64,000 bases of DNA, from the NCBI GenBank assembly GCA_965235115.1, contig OZ249452.1, positions 12,710,001 through 12,774,000 of the forward strand, given 5' to 3'. Numbering within the stretch: position 1 is the stretch's first letter; each line of letters opens with the position of its first letter. The stretch comes from Laetmonice hystrix. Taxonomy: Eukaryota. The notes under the pieces were generated by a model. It saw only the letters and a list, made by a program, of their open reading frames with translations, was not told the DNA's origin and searched no databases. Position numbers and translations under genes: made by a program. This document shows positions 12,501 through 24,500 of this stretch, one piece after another.

Positions 12501-15500
12501 GTTACGGGCTTGGTGATTCATTGTGGCATCATTTCCTGAACCCTGTTCTAACACAGAAGCCCTGTTAACTAAGTCATATTTTGAGTCATATTTTGTGAAA
12601 CCAACACCTTCCTGCTTATTCAACTCAGTACACGCTATACCTCCTGCGCCTTTTGTATTCTCATCATCGGTTAGTGCTTTCTCTATATTTACAACAACCT
12701 TTCCACTTTCATGTGCACTATCTACCGGCGATACCTTTGTCCCAGTAACTTGGTCAAGAACAATTAGTGGTTGTTTTATCCCTGGTGATGTAAACTTCTT
12801 TGTGGTATCCTCACGAATATAACCCCATACCGTACCGCTTTGGTCTTGATTAAGGTTACTACTATCCTCTCCTGAAACTCCTTGAGTTACAGGCTGCAGT
12901 GCTTCAACATTCTGCCTTCCCTGATCATCTTTGATCTCATAACTTCCAACACCTTCTGTCCCTTCTTTGTGTAGAGGGTGAACCGATTTATGTTGTATTT
13001 CCTGTTCAAAGGTAGTTGTCGTGGTAACCAGAACAAGGTCATTGGTTGCGGGTATGGAAGGTGGTTCCACCCTCTGGTATTGTTCAACATCAGGACCTGG
13101 TACGTTGGTTTCCTTAACTAAACCGTCTTTTTCTTCTTCCTCATCATTTTCTCCCGACGTTACTATTTCTTGGCGATGGGAATTCATTGTGACATGACAG
13201 TCTGCTTCCTTAGACACCGGAGATAGACATGGTTTCTCTTCTAAAGTTTTGTTATGTGTCGGTTCCTCTCCTTGCTGCATGTCACCCTGACTCTCTGTTA
13301 TTTTAGTCGGTTCCACCGGTGGTGATCTCTCGGTACGACTGTTGTCCGATTCAGCTGTCGTTTCACCCTCTTCTTTGTATGCTTGTCTGGCCTTATCATC
13401 TGACTTGATGGGACTGGACTGCTCCGTGAGGATCCTTTGTGTTGATACTAAGACATACCCCTGTAAAACCTCTAAACAGCTCTCAGCGCCTTGTGGACCA
13501 CTGTCTCCTGGGACAAGACCCAAGTGTTGCTGGTTTGTGGTTGGTGAAGAAACCACAATGAAGTCATCCTCTTGGGTGGTCTCTTCACGCTGCACTGAAT
13601 GATCTGACTGATCTGTTTTCTGGATAGGTTGGGTTTCTGGGACTGCTGGAATCATTTCTCTGGTTACGAGTACGAAGTCATCGGTTTCAGTTCGCTCTGC
13701 AGGAGCGTGGATCGGCACTTCTGGGTGCCACTTGCAAGCAGGTTTGGCTGCTGTATCCTGAATGTCGCCTAAACTATAATATATAGGCCCAGGGTCTGCT
13801 GAATAGCTTTCACACTCCAGTCTTGTATCATCTTGGACGTCAAGCTGTACGTCTTCAGGAGTTACTGTCCCGCGGATTTTATCTGCGTGTAACTCATCCT
13901 GGATGTCTCTAGTGACTACAGATTCTTCAACCAAATTATATGGGCCTGTAGATTGCATACTGCCGCCTAAAACATGTAATGTGACTTGTTCCTCATTTGA
14001 TTCTTCAACCGAACTTTCCTCTCCACCAGGAGCTACAGATTCTACAACCAGCTGGCTTGCGTCTGTAGATGACACGCCTTCATCTGAAACTTGTAATGTG
14101 ACTCGTACCTCATTTGATTCTTCAACCGAAGTTTCCTCTTCACCAGGAGCTACAGATTCTTCAACCAGTTGACCTGCGTCTGTAGATGGCACGCCTTCAT
14201 CTGAAACCTGTAATGTGACTCGTTGCTCATTTGATTCTCCAACCGAAGTTTCCTCTCCACCAGGAGCTACTGATTCTTCAACCAGTTGATCTGCGTCTGT
14301 AGATGGCACGCTTTCACCTGAAACCTGTAATGTATCTTGTTCTTTGCCTGATTCCCTCACAGAGGGTTCCTCGCCATCAGGCTGCCTTACCCCATCTTTA
14401 GAGGCGACATGGGCTGAAATACGTTCTTTGACATGGGGATCAATGGCCTCAATGGCACTGTCACCCTTATCCACATCAAGATTGAAATCCGGGGTGCTCA
14501 GAACGGCTTCCTCTGCTGAAAGTGTTGGGGATGTTTCCTCCCAGCTTACTATGGGACTGCTTTCTTGCAAGTATGATGCATTCTGCTCAACCAGGTTATC
14601 CCCATCTACAGTATGTAAAGGTTCTGCCTTAGTTTGACTTGCTCCCTTTTGGATGTTCACTTCTGTAGCTTCCTCCAAAGGAGAAGCTATGTGAGCAGCG
14701 CTGGCTCTGGGCCATACTAGTCTTGTGCTTTCGGAAAACCCTTCTGAACTCAGCTTTTCGATTTTATCAGAGTTGTTGGAATACAGGCTTTCAGCTGGCG
14801 ATATATTTGCTTCAATGGCGTTAGTTGACTGAAGGTCATCTATTTGAGTTTCACTGCGAGTAACTGCAAAATAATATTCTTCATTGCTGACTGTCGGCAT
14901 TATGGCATGGTCCTCTTCATGGAAAGAATCATCCCACGGAGGGGATACTCGATGAAAGGTGCTTGGAATTCCTTGCTGAACTGAAATATGTACATCAGAA
15001 TATGTCTCTTTCTGTGGTGCTCCTTCAACTGGAACAATCGGAACAACGGGAACTGAGTTTCCTGGTTCTTTTTCAATCTCAACTTCCTTGGTTACTCTTA
15101 GATCCTCAATGCCCCTTTCGGGATCGACGGTTTGATCATTTATGAGCCTGTCAACATTGCCCTTGGCCTTGACCTTGACCCGTTTTCCCTCTACTATCTT
15201 CCAGTACCACTCCTCACTGGGGCTCTCTGCTTCCACAATCTCCCAGCATTCCTGCTCAGTAAAACCTCGTTCTGGGAATATGGCAACACGTTGTTCAGGG
15301 GACGCCTTGAAGATACAAACTGACCGAGGAACATTCAAATTCGAACTAACCTGTTTCAATGTAAGGTTCTCAAGGGTTTCCAGAGCATATTGCTGCGCGG
15401 GGGGCTTACCCATTGATAATTCCCCAATTTGAATTACGTTAATGAATTCATTTGACACCGTCCGAACGGATTCTCCTGTAAACATCTTCTTCTTACTTTC

Positions 15501-18500
15501 TTTACCTGAAAATAACCGCGCCCCTTCAACTCTGTCGCTCAATTTTTGACCCGATACAATCTCGTCAACCTTGTTCTCTGCTTCGATATGCGTTTCTATC
15601 ATGTCTGTATTGTCCGATTGAAGAATACCAAAAGTTTGGGACTGAACCGATTTGGCTGTTACCATTGATGAGGAACGTTTACCCAGATTTCGGTAGTGGG
15701 GACAGAGTTCAATAGATACGTGGTCATTTTCCTGCTTTACGTTATACAGCTCAAGATATTCAACGTAGCCTACCATCTCATCGCGATTTTCACAATAACA
15801 ATTTTCAAGAGGTTCGACCTGGAATTCACTCTCTCCCGAATCAATTATCCAAGAAGCGCGACTAACCTGAGGTTCCTGAACATGCTCTACTTCTACCTGA
15901 TCTGAAAAAGTTGTCTTTGAACGATTAATAACCTTGCCTGACAACAGATTCTGAATGTCATTAGCACCAATGTTAATAGGTTCTTTATCACTGTTGTGTA
16001 GGGACTGTGCTTCAGTCTGGAAGTGAGTGGTCACGTGACCCCTTGGTGAACTGGTGATGGGAGGTTCTTGGTGATTGTCCTTCTCCATGGAACTCCAATG
16101 GTCGACACGTTGAATTTGTAGATTGCCCGACATTTTATACATTTGTTTTCTTCCTGGTTCACGATGCCCATGCTTGGTACGCGTGGCTTCGCGGGACACT
16201 GAATCGTCTTTGATAAATTCTGCCTCGGATTCTAGGTTATCCATGAGTTTGTTGGAGAGGTAATGCATCGCCCGTTCTCCTTGACCATCATCTGACCGAT
16301 CAGGATGCTTTATATGCACGTTTAACTTGTCACTGATTTCTGAAATGGTCACTGAAGCCACACTCCTTTCTTGAGGTTCATTTGCATTTTTCTCCTGGGT
16401 CTCATCACACGAGACCAGGAAGGATTCAGAGAATTCTACACCATGACCCTGGATTTGTCGTCCGTGGCCATGAGGGGATTCCACTTGGTCACAACTGAAG
16501 GAACCATCATGGGTATCCGACTCAGATTTACTGCTGAGGTTCAGAGGTCCCTGGTTGCTTTCAAAGATTTCAGCATCTGATGACAGGTCAGCAAGGTTAT
16601 CTACAGCCCTTGGTTTCTTCACCTGACAAGGGGACCTTCCTCTTTCTGTGTCCTCATCACTTGCGGTTTCCTCAACCTTTTCAAGTGCACTGCTCTTTGA
16701 GGGACGCTGACTTTGCCCTTCACGCTCCTCATCAGTGACATCACTGTACTCACTGACCTCTTCAATGGTATACTGCCGATTCAGGACGACCTTGAGCATT
16801 TTCAGCTGAAGGTCAGTGCGGGGCGTTTCCTCATACGTTAGCAGTTGTGTGAGGTGGTCTGTCAGGTTGGCTGACCCCGGACTGGGTGTATCACTGGTTT
16901 CTAACTCCCAGGACAATGTACCTTCCTCCCAGGACAATGAACCTTCCCCAGAGGATGTAGATCCTTCAGAAGTAACTGGGCTTTCAGCGTCGTCCTGTGA
17001 CTGCGCCGTCCTTCCTTGTGTTTCGGTCTCTTCAACTGTGACGCTCTCACGTGACGTCTCCATGGAAACGTCACCACCAGGACGCGTGGCATCGACAGGC
17101 TTAATAGAGAAGTCACGTCTGTTTACGTACTCCACAGCTGGCCTATATAAGATTGGCTCCGGCGTTTCAGTTTCATTGGATGAGTATGACTGGTGAACAC
17201 GGTGAGAGGCAGGCAGGTTTCTGTCAGAAATACTTAGGGTTTTACCGTCCGCTTTGGGGACAATATTACTTAGAACATGACTTCTGAAAACTATTTCAGA
17301 ATCTGACGTTAATGTCTCTGCGAATTCCGGAGAGTCTAGCTCCTTTCCAGGGGATTCCTCTTCCACTGTGTTGAGGAAAGAAATGAAAAAATGGAAAACT
17401 CAGTATTTTGACACGATTACTGTTCGTGCAACCCAAACTCCCAGGTGAGAGCTATGCTCGGTGTTATAATAGAAATCAAATCGCAAGGACAAAAAGACCT
17501 CCACCTAACTAACTACTAACAGGAAATGATGGAAGAATAATAAACAGGATTCGTAAAGTCGATAGAAACTAAGGGTAAAGGTAGTGGTAACGCAGTGCTG
17601 GAAAACCGGAAACGGGGTCTTCAAGCAGGCTTTGTGACTTGTTTTGTCAGTTCTTTATTGAATTTTTGGTTTTATATTTGTGTGGTAGATACCTACCCAC
17701 CAATTTATTTTGAACGCTTTCAAATTATGATATTTAGATGATGTGTGAAAAAAATTATTAATGTTTTTATATCATTGGAGTCATTTCTTGTAACAGATAA
17801 ACGGGTACACATAATAATACCGTTTGGTTTTGTATTTCAACATATTCTAAAAACATTCTTTTAGAAATGATTTATTATTATATATTATGTAAAGCTAGGT
17901 CCAAATTGCACAGTCCCTTTGCAACCCAGTTCAGTTGTCGCTGGAATTTCGACGGTTATATTGCAGTTGTAAGGAGAAGCCTGAACTTATTTCCTGACAA
18001 TTAGAAGCGACGACCCAGCACCTTCCAAGTGTTAAAAAAGCTATGGTAAGCTCGCTGTTAGTGTAAACCATTATGTTGTTACATCCCAATCACCACTGTT
18101 TACAGTTATACTACGCTCCTAACCGCATCCCATACTCGTCCGCCCAGTTAATATAAGCCAACATCTTAAGACAAATGCATACTTTAGCATTACACGGATT
18201 TTGAAGTATAAGTCTTGTTTCATTAACATAATGGGTTCTTAATATTTTTTAATATGTTTTATCTACCATGATATTTTTGGTGTCCATAGAAGGCCACAAT
18301 TGTACTTATTTAAAGCAAGATTATCGTTAATTATTTGACTAATCCTGGAACTATTCAGATAAAATAAATACCAATATGCCTTTGATGGGATTCCTCACCT
18401 TCGACCTTGAGATAGGCCCCGGCCTCCTTGGCCCCTGCTCTGACAACATAATACCCCTCATCGATACCCGTGACGTCATAGACCCTCAAACACCTGGTGG

Positions 18501-21500
18501 CGCCACTGGTGGTGGTTTCAAATTTTTCACTGTCGTAAATCTGTATGCCGTCAATGTACCACGTGACCTGTGTGTCTGGTGGCGACACCTCACAGGTAAA
18601 GGCGGCAACTGAACGTTCCGATATCTCGGAGTCATTGGGAGTCCGAAGGAAAATGATGGGGTCATCTGGTAAAAACACAACCATGCAAACTCAACACAAC
18701 AAAATCTTATAAAACTACTTTTGGGGATCTTTTCTTTGGAAGTCTTGCAAAAGTACATGCTTGAAGTAATAATCAAACGCTAAACCAACGTGAACGTGCT
18801 AATGGTATTATACGGAAATCCAACCACAAAATTATATGTAAAGTAAATATGGGGAAAAACCAAAACTGAATTCAATGTAATTAACATGGTATCTAGTAGC
18901 ACACCATGCAGCAAACGACCTACCGCCTGTCTGAAACGCTCAATCGTAGTCCGTCTATAGGTCCTCCTGCTGAATGGTTGGACTAAAGTATGAAATGATT
19001 CTGATAAAGAAGGTTCCAGGAGTTCCAGGAGAGAGTTAACCTACCTTCCACCTTCAGTTTCCCTGTTGTCTTGACGTTCTTGGTCTTACAGGTGATGTCT
19101 CCGCTATCCTTCAGAAGTGTGTCCTTGATGATCAAAGTGTGTTTGCATCCGTCGTGGCTGAACTCGTACTTATCGCTCGGTTTGAGAGGAATGTTCTTCA
19201 TATACCACTTCACTTCAAACTCCTCATCGTTCAGTTCACACGTGAAGGTTGCTTCTGTGTGCTCAGGAGTTGTAACATCGTTCAGTTTGGCAGTGAACTC
19301 GGGCACCAAGGCTGAAAAAAAATCATGGATTGTCTTGAAATTCGAACATTGAGAGAGTGCTTCTTAATGATGAAAAATATGGGATAATATTGAAAAGTCA
19401 ACTTTAAAGAATTATCAAGACTTGTAACAGTAACGTTAAACATTACCAGGTTTGTCAATTAAGTCTCAAATTATAACCTAAAATGGATTTTTTTAAATGT
19501 GTTAGTATACGAGTTCTTTACCAAATACCTAGACCACGTGAACCCCCCCCCCCCTTACCCTTTAAGTACCAATTTCAGATCTCTTTAATGTAACTGTCTT
19601 TTCTCTATCTAATTACGGTTCCTTCACTACAGAGTAAAATAATAATGATAAAGACTTACGCTCCACAAAGAGCTTAGCTTTGCTCTCTGCCTTACGGAAG
19701 ACAGCCTTGACTTCGCCCTCATCGACTGGCCTTGCAATGTTAATACACAGTCTGTGAGTGAAGTCCTCAGCAAACACCTGGTATTTGGGACCTGGAACGA
19801 CCTTAGTGTCCTTGACAAACCAATCCAGGGGCATCTTCTTGTGGGTGACGTCACACTCAAAGATCCCGTTCTCTTTCTCTTTTATGTGTTGGTCCTCAAG
19901 TTCTCGGGTGAAACCGAACTGAAACAATCAGATTGAAAATGTTATCTTGACTTCGCACTTGCCCAGCTTGGCTAGCTGCTCAAGAAATGAGCATGCAGTG
20001 AGTTTGTCCTAACATATTTTACAAGCCCCCGTAGGTGAACCGCAATGCAGTGGCCAGCCCGGTTATTAGTCTATATAGATGAGTTTTAGTGACGACAACT
20101 TTGTCACACTACCCCCATGTCCTCATGAGAACCTCTAATGGCTGCTTTCAAATCAAATACTCACCTCAGCTTTTCCAAGAGGCAAGTCCTTTTCTTCAGG
20201 TTCTTCGACCTTCTTCTGTTTAGGCTGCCTCTGGTAAGCATCCTTGTCCTCCTCTGGCTCGACCTTCTCCTCCGCCGGTTCCTTCTTTGGTGATGGTCTC
20301 TTGGCCAAGTGGATGGAATCACGTTTCTTGCGTTCGTACCCCTCCCGCTCACGGTCCTCAGTGGGAACCTCTTCCTTGACTTCCTCTATTTGTTCTGGTG
20401 TTTTCTTCTCAACATGTCTGAGAGTATACTGAAGCTGTTCTGGGACATCCTCCTTGGTATCGTATTCAACCTTCCGAAGTTTCCCCCAGTCGACTTCCTC
20501 TACACCTTGATCTTTCACCTCATAGGTACTGAAATATGTTTTTTAATGATACATTTTATTATTTGATCATTGGACCACCTAAAATAAAATCACACCTAGG
20601 ACAAAATCACTCGAAAGTTCTCTGATCAGATCACTACCCTGTAGGATGAAATTACTCTAGAGTGTTCTGAACCTAGGATGAAATTACTCTAGAGTGTTCT
20701 GAACCTAGGATGAAATTACTCTAGAGTGTTCTGAACCTAGGATGAAATTACTCTAGAGTGTTCTGAACCTAGGACTAGAGCACTCTAAGAGTGTTCTGAA
20801 CCTAGGATGAAATTACTCTAGAGTGTTCTGAACGTAGGACTAGAGCACTCTAAGAGTGTTCTGAACCTAGGATGAAATCACTCTAGAGTGTTCTGATCCT
20901 AGGATGAAATCACTCTAGAGTGTTCTGATCCTAGGCGGATATCACTCTAGAGTGCTGATCCTAGGATGATATCACTCTAGAGTGAAAAATGAGGGTAGTT
21001 ATTTGATCCTGCTACACCTGTACTCACGTCTCTTTGAGTGCAGCCTTCCAGTCCTCAGCCTCCTCAGGTTTGTCGGTCACCATCAGTGTGGCGGGACAGG
21101 TGTCACTACCGAAGTCGTTCTCGATTGTAACCGTATACGTTCCAGCCTCCTTCTTGACAATTCCGTCGATCTCGAGGACGTGTTGCCCAGAAGGCTCGTC
21201 CAAGTACACCCTTGTTTTGGCGTCGTTTTTCATTTGTTTCCACTTGCCCTTAGACCACGTGACCTTCGGCGGGGGGTCTCCCTCGACCCGACAACGGAAG
21301 ATGAGCGTTTCTCCCTCCAGGATGGTACATTTGAGCGGTTTCTCGATGAAGGTCGGGGCGTGACCTTGGACGTTGAGATTGGCCTTGCATGAGTCTTCTC
21401 CACCTTGGTTTACGGCAACGACCTTGATTTCCCCGCCCATCTCTGAGAGGTCGTTGGTCAAGGTCATGTAGTACATCTTGGACCTGTCGTCGATCTCGAA

Positions 21501-24500
21501 CTGGATGTTTTCAGAGGGCTGGATCTCCTTGTCGTTCAGGAGCCACGTGACTGTCGGAGTCGGGAAGCCGGTGATCTTACATACGAACTTTCCTGGACCG
21601 TTGTTAGGAGCAACGGTGTCTTTGATTGGCTGGACAATCTTTGGAGGTTGTACAGCTGAAAGTGTGAAAGAATTCAGAATGAGAACAAATTAACCATATT
21701 ATATACGTTGCTCGACTTCATGATTTTAATTTCTTTTTTTTTTCATTGAATTTTTTTAAATTGGAATTCAAACCCTTTCAAAGTAGCATCGGCAGCTTTT
21801 AGGTGACATGCCTCGTCCTCATAGAATTGCCTTTATTCAAGCACTTCCGAAAAAAACTTCCAAACTTACCACTCCACTGTTATAAACTTATTTTTATCAA
21901 ACATATTTTAGGGCAAGGGGTGCGGGGCTCTGTAGCCCGTCTGCAACTGTATCAAAATACTATTCATATGAGCATATTTTAAAAAAATACACCTATTGCA
22001 AATAACATGTCTTCATTGCCCCTTGAAAAGGACTCGGCCTATCAAAAATCACAACTCTTAAGTTTTAAGCCACAGCGCTGACATTTAAGTTTATAGCTAG
22101 GCCCGTCCCCCTTACATATAGATACTAGTACAACATACATAAACAGGTGTCCTTACTGTAAACAGCTTTGTTTAACTTCTCCCTGGTTAAATAAAGAATT
22201 GAGTAGAAATCTAGAGCGTGTCTGCTTGGCGTTACAAGCACTTTGAGCGGTGAGTAGAGCAGCAGTCATTGCATGCTCATTGTGAATTCAGGACATGTAC
22301 GGAGAACATGAACTGGGTCTGACCGTGTCAGTGTAATCCTCTCCCACGGACGCCGACTGACTGAGTGTCATCTCCAGTCCGTAATAAAAAGAAACTTTTC
22401 AAAGTGTCAGTCTAAAGGCTTATGCTATTACGCCACGGGGCACAGGTACATTGTGACCCAGACCTCGGATCATATGGCCTCCCGCGGGGCAGTGTTGGAG
22501 AGATACCTGAACCAGGACAATCACCCATGGGGATATCTCCACAAAATTTGGTGATACGAATCCCTATACGTATCCATGTCCCTATCTCTTACCCCTCTCC
22601 CTGCTGTGGGGATTTTACTATAGGGGATGGTCGTTCAGCCGTAGCCGCACGTCGGGACCACCTGGGTTAAAGTCTCAGGTGAGTTCCCGAGCGAGGCGGA
22701 GGAGGGGGAGGTATATGTACTTACATACATACACAACAGACGCATGTCGACATAACATGACAGCGCTCACATTCCGCGCGTCCATCAGGTATAACACAAA
22801 CGCTGGCACAGAAACCGAAACGGGAACACAGCGTTCCTGTCGGATCCAACCCACCATACACGTCCCTCCCTCACACCTCGTTGTTCATGTTAAAAACTTT
22901 CAGTACTCACGAGTGATTTTAAGCCGGGCGCTCGCACTCATCTGACCGAGTGGGTTCTTGGCCCGGACGGTAATCATGCCTGCCTCTTCCTTCACGACTT
23001 TCTTGATGATGAGGGAGTGACGATCGCCATCATGCTCGTACACGATCCGGTCCGACGGTTCCAGTTTCACATCTTGTTGGAACCTGACAGACACACAGAC
23101 AGAAATTGTCAGTGAGGATCGTGGCTGTGAAAATCCTTGGCAACCTGCCTTACCTTTTAAGGCCGTGGATATTTGTACCTTGTTTAACTATCTCAGACCG
23201 TAAACCACAGATTTACCTGACCGTCATCTGATATTAGTTTTGATATTGCACAAATGTAAGGTATAGTTTGAGGTGAAGAGAATATTTCTACTTCAACTGT
23301 AGCGTCGGATCATTCCAAGAAAAGTTGACATTCCAAAGGAAGGTCAACCGTGACTGACAGGACCAGGTTAACCATAACTTCAGAGAAGATGATTGTAGAG
23401 AACAAGGTTCCTAAAGTTTATGCGATCTCATAACCTAACTTTTCTATGCAGCTATGTAATGTAAACAGCTCGACCTCTTCAGTTTTTGTTGAATAATATA
23501 GTATGATCGCATTGTTTTGTTATTAAATTAACTTTCATTCAGAATTTTGTTGCCTATGTTGCCTGTTTCTCCGTCCCTATGTGAAACAATTAATAGACTG
23601 TAATACTCTTGGCCTGATGCAAACTATGTAGGTTGTAGTTCGTTTGTCCCCGTTATTGGCCTCAGGCAGTCATGTTTACAAATAATGGGTCCCGTGCCCC
23701 CATTAAGTAGTAGGGGGTCAGTATAGTATTAGTGTCAATAAGCTGCCTTCAATCACGTGTTGTAACAAATTCACATTTACTGTAAAACCTCTACCTCAAT
23801 ACATGTTGCTGTTAATGTATGCCAGTTATAGGGACATACAGTAGTTATGGTGGCCAGTCAGAAAACAGCTCTCTTATACTTACAGAGGGATATTGTCTTG
23901 GACAAAAATAAAACACATGACCTTATTTTTTTTCTTTGTTTCCCCACTTTTGCATTCTGAGCAAGTTTTGACGAGGTAAATAACCGGTAGAATGGCTAGT
24001 AAACATTCCACATTCAACTTTTTACATTCTCAGGAACAATGTGATTTCAGTGCGCCATCCCCCGACAGTACGACAAACTACATAACTTAAACACGCCGGT
24101 CCTTTCTTGTCTGACAATTTTGAATTATAATATCTGATAACATAAGAACTTGTTTCTCACCATTCGACTGTAGGTTCGGGTTTTCCAAGCACCATTGTGT
24201 CAAACCGAATGTCAGCGTGCTCCAATGTATCCACATTATTGGGTTTCCGCAGGAACTTAGGAATTTCTTTCTTGACTGTAATTGAACAAATAAACAACTT
24301 ATAGCTCTAATAAAGAATACGCAACAAACATATTATGGTTTGACACTATTTACTTACACTGTGAAACAACTACAACTTTTTGGTTATTACTTTATTAGAG
24401 TAGTCCCCATAAATACCCCCATAATATAGTATTATTAAAAAATATTCTATGCAAGTCGTAAGCCTTACCCTTATAAATTATACCATAACACACACAAGTG

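Noticed and set aside
20595-20984. CRISPR-like array (32-bp palindromic repeats)
   Set aside because: The repeats are contiguous with no unique spacers, sit in a eukaryotic intron, and have no cas genes nearby.
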